Below, one piece after another: positions 51,382 through 60,416 of a stretch of DNA of 64,000 nucleotides. Numbering within the stretch: the first letter of the stretch is position 1; each line of letters opens with the position of its first letter. The DNA is from Candidatus Omnitrophota bacterium (GTDB taxonomy: Bacteria > Omnitrophota > Gorgyraeia > Pluralincolimonadales > Pluralincolimonadaceae). The position numbers and the translations under genes are program-made. The stretch covers positions 190,289-254,288 of the forward strand of contig PLNR01000005.1 of assembly GCA_003141835.1 (NCBI GenBank). Direction: 5' to 3'. The notes beneath the pieces were generated by a model. It was not told the DNA's origin and searched no databases. It saw nothing but the letters and a program-made list of their open reading frames with translations.

Positions 51382-52089
51382 ATGCCCGATAAAGAAGATC
51401 TTCCTTTGCATATCGCCGTCATAATGGACGGCAACGGCAGGTGGGCAAAGAAACGCGGCCTGCCGCGCGTTATGGGCCACCGCGCCGGAATGAAATCCGT
51501 CAAAGAAGTCATAAAGTCATGCCGCGAGCTGGGCGTAAAATACCTGACGCTCTACGCGTTCTCCTCGGAGAACTGGAAACGCCCGAAAGCGGAAGTCGAA
51601 GCCCTGATGCGCTTCCTTAATGAATATATAGACAAGGAATTACGGTCCTTCCTCAAAAACGGGATAAGGCTGAATTTTATCGGCAGGATATCCGGCCTCC
51701 CGGATTACGTGCGCCCCAAATTAAATGAGGCGATGGAGGCGACGAAGGGTTGCGGCGCGATGACGGTCAATGTCGCGCTCAATTACAGCGGCAGGGGGGA
51801 GATCGTGGACGCGGCGAAGATATTCGCCTCGCAGGTAAAGGCCGGAAAGCTCGGCGCTGACGATCTCGATGAGGATTCTTTTTCCGGGTTCCTGTACACG
51901 GCAGGCCAGCCGGATCCGGACCTGCTGATACGCACCTCAGGCGAGATGCGGATATCGAATTTCCTCCTCTGGCAAATATCTTACGCGGAATTATACGTGA
52001 CGCCGAAACTCTGGCCGGATTTCAGGAAGGGCGACCTGATGGACGCCATAAAGGAATACCGGAAACGCGAAAGAAGGTTCGGGGCATGA
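51382..52089 (+). CDS. uppS: Ditrans,polycis-undecaprenyl-diphosphate synthase
   Basis: HIAVIMDGNGRWAKKRGLPR...RISNFLLWQISYAELY. Confidence 0.95.
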   Translation: MPDKEDLPLHIAVIMDGNGRWAKKRGLPRVMGHRAGMKSVKEVIKSCRELGVKYLTLYAFSSENWKRPKAEVEALMRFLNEYIDKELRSFLKNGIRLNFIGRISGLPDYVRPKLNEAMEATKGCGAMTVNVALNYSGRGEIVDAAKIFASQVKAGKLGADDLDEDSFSGFLYTAGQPDPDLLIRTSGEMRISNFLLWQISYAELYVTPKLWPDFRKGDLMDAIKEYRKRERRFGA

Positions 52090-52952
52090 CCGGACAACCT
52101 GGTTGCGATCACAGCAACCATAATAAGCGCAACAACCTCATTCCGAGGCTGATAAGTTCGGTCCTTATAATATTATTCGTGATCTTCACCGTCCTGGTCT
52201 GGCCGGATTGGTTCTTCTGCCTGGTCCTTACCGTCATGATAGCGATGGCGCTCAACGAGTTCTACTCGCTCGTCGAGAAAAAGGGGATACCGATATTCAA
52301 GATAAGCGGTATCTCGATAGCCATCCTCGTCCCGACATCGATATTCTTCGCCTTCGAGCCCACGAAAGGGTGGGAACTGCTTTTCATCATCGCCGTAGTC
52401 CTTACCATATTTATTCTTCAATTCACGCGCCGTGAGAGTGAGAACGCGATAGCCGGCGTCTCGACGACGATATTCGGCATCCTTTATATCAGCTGGACGT
52501 TCAGTTTCCTGATGAAGCTGAAGCTTATAGAGCATGACGGCCTGCCTGACGGGAGCCTGCTGGTAGCGTTCCTGCTCCTGGTCACGAAGATCGGCGATAT
52601 AGGCGCTTATTTTGTCGGGACGTATTTCGGGAAGCACAGCCTCATAGCGAGGATAAGCCCGAAAAAATCCGTCGAGGGGGCGATAGGCGGGTTCGTATGC
52701 AGCGTGGCTGCCGCCCTTATAAGCAAGTCGTTCCTGCCGTCTATCTCCCTATACCACCTCTTTATCCTGGGCTGCATCCTGGGGGTGCTGGCGCAGGTCG
52801 GCGACCTGACCGAGTCATTGATAAAACGCGACAGCCAGGTCAAGGATTCGGCGTCGCTTATCCCTGGGATGGGCGGGATGCTCGACCTCATCGACAGCAT
52901 TTTATTTACGGCGCCGACGTTATATTTTTACGCCCTTAAATTCCTCAAATGA
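52086..52952 (+). CDS. cdsA: Phosphatidate cytidylyltransferase
   Basis: Multi-TM with C-terminal [25 protein letters not shown] CdsA signature. Confidence 0.9.
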   Translation: MTGQPGCDHSNHNKRNNLIPRLISSVLIILFVIFTVLVWPDWFFCLVLTVMIAMALNEFYSLVEKKGIPIFKISGISIAILVPTSIFFAFEPTKGWELLFIIAVVLTIFILQFTRRESENAIAGVSTTIFGILYISWTFSFLMKLKLIEHDGLPDGSLLVAFLLLVTKIGDIGAYFVGTYFGKHSLIARISPKKSVEGAIGGFVCSVAAALISKSFLPSISLYHLFILGCILGVLAQVGDLTESLIKRDSQVKDSASLIPGMGGMLDLIDSILFTAPTLYFYALKFLK

Positions 52953-54094
52953 AGAAAATAAACATTCTGGGTTCTACGGGCTCTATCGGCACTAACGCGC
53001 TCGATGTCGTCTCAAGGCATCCGCGCGAATTTTCGGTCACGGGTCTTGCGGCGCATTCGAACGCCGACCTGCTCATCCGCCAGGCAAAGAAATTCCGCCC
53101 CAAAGCCGTCGCGATATGCAACGAATCGAAGGTCAATGGGGTAAGGAAGGCGCTATCCGGCACCGGGATAAGGGTCCTCGGAGGCTACGAGGGCATAAAT
53201 GAGCTAGCCGGGCAAAAGGAAGCGGATGTCACGCTCGTCTCGATCGTCGGGGCAGCCGGGTTACTGCCGACATTATATGCCATTGACTCGGTAAAAACGG
53301 TGGCACTCGCGAACAAAGAGCCGCTTGTCATGGCCGGCGGGATAATCACGGCGCGCGCGAAAAAGCGCGGCACGAAGATAATCCCGGTGGATTCCGAACA
53401 CAGCGCGATATTCCAGTGTTTGAACGGCCACAACAGGGAAGACCTGAAAAAAATATACCTTACCGGTTCGGGCGGGCCGCTTAAGGATGTAGACGCGGAA
53501 AAGTTCGAGGTCCTTTCTCCCGAGGAGGTCGTAAACCATCCCCGGTGGAAGATGGGCAAGAAGATATCGGTGGATTCGGCGACGCTGATGAACAAGGGCC
53601 TCGAGATAATAGAGGCGAAATGGCTCTTCGGCGTCGGCGCAGACAAGATAGACGTCATTATACATCCCGAGGCGATAATACATTCGATGGTCGAGTTCGT
53701 CGACGGCTCGATAATGGCGCAATTGTCGCAGACGGATATGCGGCTTCCGATAATGTACGCGTTTTCGTATCCGCGCAGGGTAAAGTCGACGCTGCCGGCG
53801 CTTGATTTCGTGAAGCTCGGCAAGTTCACTTTCTCGCCGCCGGATTTCAAGAAGTTCCCGTGCCTTAAAATGGCGTACGAGGCGGCGAAGAACAGCGGGA
53901 CGCAGCCGGCGGTATTGAATGCCGCGAACGAGGAAGCCGTGTTGGCGTTCCTCGGAAAGAAGATAAAATTCACAAAGATACCGAAGATCATCGGGGGAGT
54001 CTTGGCCAAGCACAGGTCAAAGGCTGATCCTTCGCTCGATGAGATACTTCAAATAGACGCCTGGGCAAGGTCCGAGGCGAGGAGGTTGATTTAA
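52949..54094 (+). CDS. dxr: 1-deoxy-D-xylulose 5-phosphate reductoisomerase
   Basis: [24 protein letters not shown]-binding start; 381 aa. Confidence 0.95.
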   Translation: MKKINILGSTGSIGTNALDVVSRHPREFSVTGLAAHSNADLLIRQAKKFRPKAVAICNESKVNGVRKALSGTGIRVLGGYEGINELAGQKEADVTLVSIVGAAGLLPTLYAIDSVKTVALANKEPLVMAGGIITARAKKRGTKIIPVDSEHSAIFQCLNGHNREDLKKIYLTGSGGPLKDVDAEKFEVLSPEEVVNHPRWKMGKKISVDSATLMNKGLEIIEAKWLFGVGADKIDVIIHPEAIIHSMVEFVDGSIMAQLSQTDMRLPIMYAFSYPRRVKSTLPALDFVKLGKFTFSPPDFKKFPCLKMAYEAAKNSGTQPAVLNAANEEAVLAFLGKKIKFTKIPKIIGGVLAKHRSKADPSLDEILQIDAWARSEARRLI

Positions 54095-55152
54095 TGGTGA
54101 TCTGGATCATTGTCGCGCTTGCTTTTTCCTTTTTGATATTAGTGCATGAACTGGGCCATTTTATTGCGGCTTTGAGCCAGGGTATTAAAGTTGAAATATT
54201 TTCTTTTGGATTCGGCCGTCCCCTGGTCTCATTTAAAAGGAAGGGTATCGAATACAGGATATCGATATTCCCGTTCGGCGGTTATGTGAAAATGGCAGGG
54301 GATGAGATGCAGGAAAAGAGAGAAGGCCATCCATGGGAGTTTTTGTCCGCCCCAGCCGGTAAAAAGATCAAGGTTGCTTTCGCCGGCGCATTGTGTAATT
54401 ACCTGGCGGGACTGGTGTTGCTTTGCCTTATATTTTATATCGGTTACCCTATTTCAACAAAAGTCGGTTCAGTGCTTCCCGGGTATCCTGCCGAAGCCGC
54501 CGGTATTAAAGCAGGCGATACTATCGTCGCGATAGACGGGAAACCGGTAAGAAATTGGATGTTTATGACCGATGTCATAAAAGGCAAGACAAAAGGTTCC
54601 ATTGCTTTGGCGTTAAAGAGGGACGATTCTGTTGTTAATGTGAGCATAACACCCAAAGTGCAGACAGGCGAAGATATATTCAGGAGAAAAGTAAAGATCG
54701 GATTGATCGGGATAACTCCGCAAATCGGCGGGACGATCGAATATGAGAAATTCGGGATCATGAAATCCGTAGAATTAGGTGTCAGCGAGCTCCTTTGGAT
54801 GACCAAGGTGACCTATAAGGGCATCTGGTACATGTTGATAGGACAGGTTTCGATAAAAGAATCGATGGGGCCTATCGGGATAATCAGCGTAATAGGAGTG
54901 GCGGCAAAATTGGGCCTTACCCCGTTATTGGGCTTGGTGGCGACCATAAGCGTAGCGTTAGCGGTATTTAATCTATTGCCGTTGCTTCCGCTGGACGGAG
55001 GGTATATCATATTTTTTGTGATCGAAAAGTTAAGGGGCAGGCCTGTCAGCAAAAAGATATTTGAGAATTTCATGAATGCAGGTTGGTTTTTAGTGATATT
55101 GTTATTTATGTTCACGGCGTATAACGATATACCCAGGATTCTTGGAAAATGA
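54094..55152 (+). CDS. rseP: Site-2 zinc metalloprotease RseP (M50) with PDZ domain
   Basis: HELGHF zinc motif in TM1, PDZ segment, LPLLPLDGG motif. Confidence 0.9.
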   Translation: MVIWIIVALAFSFLILVHELGHFIAALSQGIKVEIFSFGFGRPLVSFKRKGIEYRISIFPFGGYVKMAGDEMQEKREGHPWEFLSAPAGKKIKVAFAGALCNYLAGLVLLCLIFYIGYPISTKVGSVLPGYPAEAAGIKAGDTIVAIDGKPVRNWMFMTDVIKGKTKGSIALALKRDDSVVNVSITPKVQTGEDIFRRKVKIGLIGITPQIGGTIEYEKFGIMKSVELGVSELLWMTKVTYKGIWYMLIGQVSIKESMGPIGIISVIGVAAKLGLTPLLGLVATISVALAVFNLLPLLPLDGGYIIFFVIEKLRGRPVSKKIFENFMNAGWFLVILLFMFTAYNDIPRILGK

Positions 55153-56252
55153 AGATCACAAGACGCAAGACAAGGACTATAAACTTAGGCGGGGTAAAGA
55201 TAGGCGGGACGAGCCCTGTATCGGTGCAGTCGATGACGAAGACCGATACCATGGACGTTGCCGCGACGGTCGCGCAGATAAAAGAGCTTGAGCTCGCCGG
55301 CTGCGATATCGTGCGCACAGCCGTCAAGGATGCCTCGTGCTGCGATGCCCTTGCGAAGATAATGAAGAAGATAAACATCCCGCTCGAGGCCGACATACAT
55401 TTCGATTACAGGCTGGCCATAAAGGCGATAGAGGCAGGTGTTGACGGTGTCCGGCTAAACCCCGGAAACGTCTACAAGAAAGACGAAATCGCTGCGGTGA
55501 TAAATCTTGCGAAAAAGCGTCATATACCCGTTCGCGTTGGGGTCAATTCTGGTTCCGTGCGACCCCATGGTGCGCGAGCCATTAAGCTACAATCAGGGCG
55601 AAGCGAACCAAGGCTTCCAGAGCTCATGGTCAAGACCGCCTCGGATTACTTGAAACTCATCGAGTCGCTCGGTTTTCGCGACCTGATGGTCTCGTTGAAA
55701 TGCTCGGACGTGCCGCAGACGATAGACGCTTACCGTCTTATGGCAAAGAAATGCGACTACCCGTTCCATCTGGGTGTCACGGCAGCCGGCCCTGAACTTT
55801 CGGGCACGGTAAAGTCCACGCTAGGTATCGGCATTTTGCTTGCAGAGGGGATAGGTGACACGATCCGCGTCTCGCTCACAGGAGACCCTGTTCAGGAAGT
55901 CATCGTCGGAAAAAATATAATCCAGGGGCTCGGGCTTCGCAGGTTTGGCCCCGAGGTCCTGTCATGCCCGACTTGCGGCAGGACAGAAGTGGATATCATA
56001 GGCATCGCCAATAAAGTTGAACAGGCGCTCGGCAAGATAAAAGATAAAAAGGGCAAGCTCTCAAGCCTGCGGGTGGCTGTCATGGGTTGTGTAGTCAACG
56101 GCCCGGGAGAGGCGAAAGAGGCCGACCTCGGCATCGCCGCGGGAAAGGGCAGCGGATTTCTCTTTATTAAAGGCAAGCCCGCGCGTAAAATAAAAGAGAG
56201 CGAATTCGTCAGCGCGATCGTTACCGAGATCAATAAAATACTGAAGGGTTGA
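55149..56252 (+). CDS. ispG: 4-hydroxy-3-methylbut-2-enyl diphosphate synthase
   Basis: IGGTSPVSVQSMT...RLNPGN...CPTCGRT...MGCVVNGPGE Fe-S cluster motifs. Confidence 0.9.
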   Translation: MKITRRKTRTINLGGVKIGGTSPVSVQSMTKTDTMDVAATVAQIKELELAGCDIVRTAVKDASCCDALAKIMKKINIPLEADIHFDYRLAIKAIEAGVDGVRLNPGNVYKKDEIAAVINLAKKRHIPVRVGVNSGSVRPHGARAIKLQSGRSEPRLPELMVKTASDYLKLIESLGFRDLMVSLKCSDVPQTIDAYRLMAKKCDYPFHLGVTAAGPELSGTVKSTLGIGILLAEGIGDTIRVSLTGDPVQEVIVGKNIIQGLGLRRFGPEVLSCPTCGRTEVDIIGIANKVEQALGKIKDKKGKLSSLRVAVMGCVVNGPGEAKEADLGIAAGKGSGFLFIKGKPARKIKESEFVSAIVTEINKILKG

Positions 56253-56256
56253 CAAC

Positions 56257-57579
56257 ATGAGATGGACGCAAGCTTTAATCCCGACACTTAAAGAAGACCC
56301 GGCAGAGGCGGAGATAATAAGCCACAAGCTTATGATCCGCGCCGGGCTTATCCGCAAGCTCACCGCAGGCGCTTACACATACCTGCCGCTCGGATGGCGC
56401 GTCCTCAACAAAGTAGAAAATATAATCCGCGAGGAGATGGACGCCAAAGGCGCGCAGGAGATCCTGATGCCCGCGCTCCAGCCCTCCGAATTATGGAAGG
56501 AATCCGGAAGATACACCGCCCTCGGCGAAGATATGATCAAGTTCATCGATCGCCACGGCAAGGAGACTATCCTGGGCCCGACCCACGAGGAGATAATAAC
56601 CGACCTCGTCAGGGGAACTGTAAAGTCCTACAAAGAACTACCCCTCATACTTTACCAGATACAGGTCAAATTCCGCGACGAGATACGCCCGCGCTCCGGT
56701 GTCTTGCGCTCGCGCGAGTTCATAATGAAGGACGCCTATTCATTCGACCGCGACACCACCGGCCTCGACAAAAACTATAAAAAAATGTACGACGCCTATT
56801 GCGCGATATTCACCCGCTGCGGCCTGAAGTTTTTGGCCGTTGAGGCCGATACCGGCGTAATGGGCGGCGACGTCTCGCACGAGTTCATGGTCCTATCCGA
56901 GAGCGGCGAGGATACGCTCGCCCATTGCGCGAAATGCGGATACGCGGCAAGCTTGGATAAACATCTTTTGAATCTTAATGTCAAAAAGGATTTCAAGATA
57001 GAAACTCTTGACGATATCAAGAAGATAGACAAGGGTGACAAGTGCCCGAAATGCGGCACCGAGATAAAACTTGAACAGGCGATCGAGATAGGCCATGTCT
57101 TCAAGCTCGGCACCAAATATTCGAAGGCGATGTCCGCCAATTTCCTCGGCGAGGACGGCAAGGAAAGAATATATATAATGGGCTGCTACGGCATTGGCGT
57201 CAACAGGATAATCGCCGCGCTCATCGAGCAGAGCCACGACAAGGACGGCATCATCTGGCACCAGTCGATAGCGCCCTATACAGTCGCAATACTCCCGCTC
57301 AACACCTCTCACACAGCTTCGATGGAGGCAGCCGAGAAGATATACGCCGAGCTGACCTCCGCCGGAATCGAATGCATCCTCGACGACCGCCCCGAACGCG
57401 CCGGCGTAAAGTTCAAAGACTCCGACCTCATCGGCTTCCCGATCCAAATAATCATAGGTGAAAAGAATATCGCCAACGGCGAAGTCGAGATCAAAGACCG
57501 CAAGACTAAGGAACTTAAAATAGTTAAGATAGATGAGGCGGTTAATACAGTAAAGCAAGTTTTAGCCCTTAGTTCGTAG
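56257..57579 (+). CDS. proS: Prolyl-tRNA synthetase (short form lacking the INS editing domain)
   Basis: Class II aaRS motifs 1-3 plus anticodon-binding domain; 440 aa. Confidence 0.9.
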   Translation: MRWTQALIPTLKEDPAEAEIISHKLMIRAGLIRKLTAGAYTYLPLGWRVLNKVENIIREEMDAKGAQEILMPALQPSELWKESGRYTALGEDMIKFIDRHGKETILGPTHEEIITDLVRGTVKSYKELPLILYQIQVKFRDEIRPRSGVLRSREFIMKDAYSFDRDTTGLDKNYKKMYDAYCAIFTRCGLKFLAVEADTGVMGGDVSHEFMVLSESGEDTLAHCAKCGYAASLDKHLLNLNVKKDFKIETLDDIKKIDKGDKCPKCGTEIKLEQAIEIGHVFKLGTKYSKAMSANFLGEDGKERIYIMGCYGIGVNRIIAALIEQSHDKDGIIWHQSIAPYTVAILPLNTSHTASMEAAEKIYAELTSAGIECILDDRPERAGVKFKDSDLIGFPIQIIIGEKNIANGEVEIKDRKTKELKIVKIDEAVNTVKQVLALSS

Positions 57580-57748
57580 TTCTTAGTAAAGCGGTCCCCT
57601 GCTTCGGGATTCATTCTTCGCTCGGATCTCCTCGCCGCTGTTTCACAGCGACTGCGGGGATAACTCGCTCAGAATAGAATCCGCTCGCGGGGCCCCTTTT
57701 ATCGGTGCAGCCGTCATTCCCGCGCAAGAGGGAATCTAGGAATAAAGC

Positions 57749-57774
57749 GGAATGTTCCAAAGTCACACGTCCCC
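57749..57774 (+). repeat. Island repeat A1 (ggaatgttccaaagtcacacgtcccc)
   Basis: 22/26 identical to A2 at 58664-58689; its ACGTCCCC core is the reverse complement of the GGGGACGT core of repeats B1/B2. Confidence 0.6.
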
Positions 57775-57805
57775 AAAATAATATTAACTATCAAAGGAGA
57801 ACAAT

Positions 57806-58612
57806 ATGCCAGAACCAGTTGGCATACGAGCAGCGAAAATAGGCGCCGCCGCTGTTATTATTGCAGCCATTGTCACAGGGCTTTTTTTAGTACTTAAGCC
57901 TTCTCAGAGCTCTCAGCAGAAAGCTACCATAGATGGAGCCAACAACCCAATTGCCATGTTTGGTACGGCTCGCGACGTAACTATTAGCTACAACATGCCT
58001 GATACGGCTACGCGAGAGGCAGTTGACTTCCTGAAAAAGAAGGCTGAAGATACCGATGCAGCGATCGGACTCACGCGGAAAGAAATTCTGCTTCTTTCTA
58101 AAGCCCTCCAAGATCTCGACCAAAGAACTTCCGGGCTACAAAAACTTCCCGATGGGCGAACCTTGTTTGGCAGTTTAATTTCAGGAAACCCAACAATCGT
58201 TATCCAAGAGCATGAGGCCGCAGCAACCCTGTTTTCTGCGGGGGACTACAAAACCGCTTTAGAACATTCCCAGAGAGCCATAAAAGCCTATGAGGATGCG
58301 AAACAGATACCGGCCAGTATGAGTACAGGAGATCTGGGACCAGAAGACGTCAGCAAACTATATTACCTGGCCGCATTAATTTCCCAAAAGCTTCAAAATA
58401 AAGAATTGGTATACAAGTATGCAGTGAAAGCTGCAGAGATACAACCATCATCCGAACATCAAGTGTTTCTTGCTACGGCTCTCTTTAACATTGGGAGAGT
58501 TGATGAAGCTATCGCAGTTATAAGTAAAGCCGTAGAAATGGAACCGAGTAATGGAGAGTACAGGCGGTTGAAGGATGAAATGTCTAAACGGATGGAAATT
58601 AAAAATAAATAG
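57806..58612 (+). CDS. Membrane-anchored TPR-repeat protein (hypothetical)
   Basis: N-terminal TM (AAAVIIAAIVTGLFLVL) and three TPR-like helical repeats in the C-terminal half; lower GC than flanks. Confidence 0.6.
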   Translation: MPEPVGIRAAKIGAAAVIIAAIVTGLFLVLKPSQSSQQKATIDGANNPIAMFGTARDVTISYNMPDTATREAVDFLKKKAEDTDAAIGLTRKEILLLSKALQDLDQRTSGLQKLPDGRTLFGSLISGNPTIVIQEHEAAATLFSAGDYKTALEHSQRAIKAYEDAKQIPASMSTGDLGPEDVSKLYYLAALISQKLQNKELVYKYAVKAAEIQPSSEHQVFLATALFNIGRVDEAIAVISKAVEMEPSNGEYRRLKDEMSKRMEIKNK

Positions 58613-58628
58613 GGGACGTGTCAAAAAG
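58605..58628 (+). repeat. Island repeat B1 (ataaataggggacgtgtcaaaaag), overlapping the TPR gene stop
   Basis: 22/24 identical to B2 at 59226-59249; the 11-mer ataggggacgt also occurs at 39113-39123. Confidence 0.6.
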
Positions 58629-58663
58629 GCAAGGTACCCGTTAGGGTAGACAGGTCGCAGAGC

Positions 58664-58689
58664 GGAGTGTCCCAAAGTCATACGTCTCT
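58664..58689 (+). repeat. Island repeat A2 (ggagtgtcccaaagtcatacgtctct)
   Basis: Direct repeat of A1. Confidence 0.6.
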
Positions 58690-58862
58690 AGTTTCATTCA
58701 CCAGACGCGTGGTACACTTGACGTAAATAAGGACGACATCGTCCGATTGTGCCCCGGATGTAGGAATAAGCCCACCTGCGGGGAGTGGGATAAGGAACAG
58801 GAACTTACGTGTTTTTGCCTGGAGAGCGTGTTTTAAATTAGAACAGAAGGAAGCAAACTGAT

Positions 58863-59219
58863 ATGGAAAAAATGTTAATTTTATTTTTGCTGGCAACCAT
58901 TATTATGATAATTATTATAGTAAAATCGAAAATTCGATTATTTAGTATGTACTTTTTTATTGTCGGAGCCCTAATGCCGTTAATATTATTTGCTTTTTGT
59001 TTTATTATTAGAAATACTGCCTTACCGGCTAAAATCTTTTGGATAGTTAGTTTCCCGGCCTTTATTCTTTGCGTGCTTTCATCGATTGGGGGTATTATTG
59101 AAATTTTTGCACGAAAAATAACTAGAAATTATTTATACCTTCCGATTAGCGGTCTGGTTTGTTCGCTCTTTTTATGGTTATTTTTGGTTAGTGCTTTGAG
59201 AATAGTGAATGGTGCCTAA
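58863..59219 (+). CDS. Small hydrophobic membrane protein (3-4 TM), hypothetical; very AT-rich
   Basis: 118 aa, strongly hydrophobic, ~30% GC versus ~58% for the genome. Confidence 0.5.
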   Translation: MEKMLILFLLATIIMIIIIVKSKIRLFSMYFFIVGALMPLILFAFCFIIRNTALPAKIFWIVSFPAFILCVLSSIGGIIEIFARKITRNYLYLPISGLVCSLFLWLFLVSALRIVNGA

Positions 59220-59225
59220 CAGAAG

Positions 59226-59249
59226 ATAAATAGGGGATGTTTCAAAAAG
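59226..59249 (+). repeat. Island repeat B2 (ataaataggggatgtttcaaaaag), containing the ATG of the next ORF
   Basis: Direct repeat of B1. Confidence 0.6.
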
Positions 59250-59524
59250 TGACAAAGGGAAGAATAGCATCTGCGGTAGTAGCGGTCTTTTACGTCGTTC
59301 TCGCGTCTTTGGCGGGAGGGCCGGAGGCAGCATTTAAAGTTTTTATATTTATCCTGCTTCCGCTCGGATGCATTTGGTACGGCCAAGCTCTCGGGTCATT
59401 TAAAGGCATTATGCGCGGACAATACGTTGACACCCCTACCCCCGGCTGCCTTGTAACATTTCTCGGATGGATAATCTTGTTACTTCCTGTGGTTATGGTG
59501 GTTTTTAATTTACTTAAAGGATAA
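59237..59524 (+). CDS. Small membrane protein (3 TM), hypothetical
   Basis: 95 aa hydrophobic ORF whose start lies within repeat B2. Confidence 0.45.
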   Translation: MFQKVTKGRIASAVVAVFYVVLASLAGGPEAAFKVFIFILLPLGCIWYGQALGSFKGIMRGQYVDTPTPGCLVTFLGWIILLLPVVMVVFNLLKG

Positions 59525-59544
59525 AAAGTGACAGGTCATAAAAC

Positions 59545-59775
59545 TTGGTAAAAATCTATTCTCCCAAAAATGAGGCCGAGCTTTCCATTATTCGCAGTAT
59601 CCTTGACAGCGAGGGCATCGCGTATTATATCCATAATGATGATTTCGGTTCTCTGAACGTAGGGTCCAGCATGTCCTCATTTAACGAAAAAACTATTATG
59701 GTCGATGAAAAGGACGCGGAAAGGGCAAAAGAGCTCGTTTCGGATTATCTGAAAACTACAAAAGAAGGACCGTAA
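59545..59775 (+). CDS. DUF2007-family small protein (putative signal-transducing protein); TTG start
   Basis: VKIYSPKNEAELSIIRSILDSEGIAYYIHND matches the DUF2007 N-terminal pattern. Confidence 0.55.
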   Translation: MVKIYSPKNEAELSIIRSILDSEGIAYYIHNDDFGSLNVGSSMSSFNEKTIMVDEKDAERAKELVSDYLKTTKEGP

Positions 59776-59813
59776 GTAGCTTAAATCCTCGTATTTTACC
59801 CCCAAAAAACCCC

Positions 59814-59842
59814 TTGACACCATAGCTCCATCGTAGTATACT
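59814..59842 (+). promoter_or_regulatory. Sigma-70-type promoter with perfect consensus hexamers TTGACA-N17-TATACT upstream of rimP-nusA-infB
   Basis: ttgaca 59814-59819, 17-nt spacer, tatact 59837-59842; hexamers identical to those of the promoter at 23263. Confidence 0.6.
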
Positions 59843-59877
59843 AACTTTACATTCAGCACCACTTTTTAAAAGGAGAA

Positions 59878-59904
59878 GTGGGTAAAAAACTACCCGCTTT
59901 TTTT
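59878..59904 (+). terminator. Leader hairpin plus U-tract (gtgggta-aaaaac-tacccgc then ttttttt) between the promoter and rimP; possible attenuator or tiny RNA 3' end
   Basis: 7-bp stem with one G-U pair followed by a T7 run at 59898-59904, ~35 nt upstream of the rimP ATG. Confidence 0.5.
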
Positions 59905-59938
59905 GTTGTCTTTTTCCGGAAAACAGCCCTAAATAGCC

Positions 59939-60403
59939 ATGGAAGAGAACGTTATAATAGATAAAGTCGGGGAATTGGTGTCTCCGCTCCTTTCGGAAGC
60001 GGGCGTTGAGCTTGTCGACCTGACTTACCGCAGGGAGACCGGCGGAATGGTCCTGCGTTTCTCGGTCGATAAGGCCGGCGGGATAACGGTCGGCGAATGC
60101 GGTGCCCTGAACCGTAAAATAGCGGCGGTCCTCGACGAGACGGACCTGATAGATGGTCCTTATACGCTCGAAGTGCAGTCGCCCGGCCTCGACAGGAAGC
60201 TCGTAAAGACGAGCGATTTCGAGCGGACTATAGGCAAGGACATATTTGTGGTAACTTATGGCCCGGTTGAGAACAAGAGGGAGTTCACCGGGAAACTTAA
60301 ATGGGTCGGCGAGGATAGCATAAAGTTAGAATTTCCTGCGGGCGGTGAGGTGACGATCCCCCGTAACATGATAGCGAAAGCGAAGCTTCACTTCGAATTT
60401 TAG
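59939..60403 (+). CDS. rimP: Ribosome maturation factor RimP
   Basis: 154 aa, ...LEVQSPGLDRKL... conserved RimP core; upstream of nusA. Confidence 0.85.
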   Translation: MEENVIIDKVGELVSPLLSEAGVELVDLTYRRETGGMVLRFSVDKAGGITVGECGALNRKIAAVLDETDLIDGPYTLEVQSPGLDRKLVKTSDFERTIGKDIFVVTYGPVENKREFTGKLKWVGEDSIKLEFPAGGEVTIPRNMIAKAKLHFEF

Positions 60404-60416
60404 AAAAGGAAAAGAT

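Noticed and set aside
55541-55640. Possible frameshift or local misassembly inside ispG (segment VRPHGARAIKLQSGRSEPRLP with rare codons)
   Set aside because: Neither alternative frame restores a more canonical IspG sequence and the ORF stays open with conserved flanks. More likely a lineage-specific divergent loop.
57580-59938. Integron cassette array hypothesis for the low-GC island
   Set aside because: No intI-type integrase or attI is in the window (the only tyrosine recombinase is a Xer-like gene 53 kb away in ordinary context), and the repeats do not show a canonical attC R''/L''/L'/R' GTTRRRY architecture. Retained only as a cassette-like description.
59776-59938. tRNA (metY-like) or other RNA gene upstream of rimP as in E. 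coli
   Set aside because: No cloverleaf-compatible sequence (no T-loop GTTCRAATC and no acceptor pairing) was found, only the promoter and a short hairpin with a U-tract.
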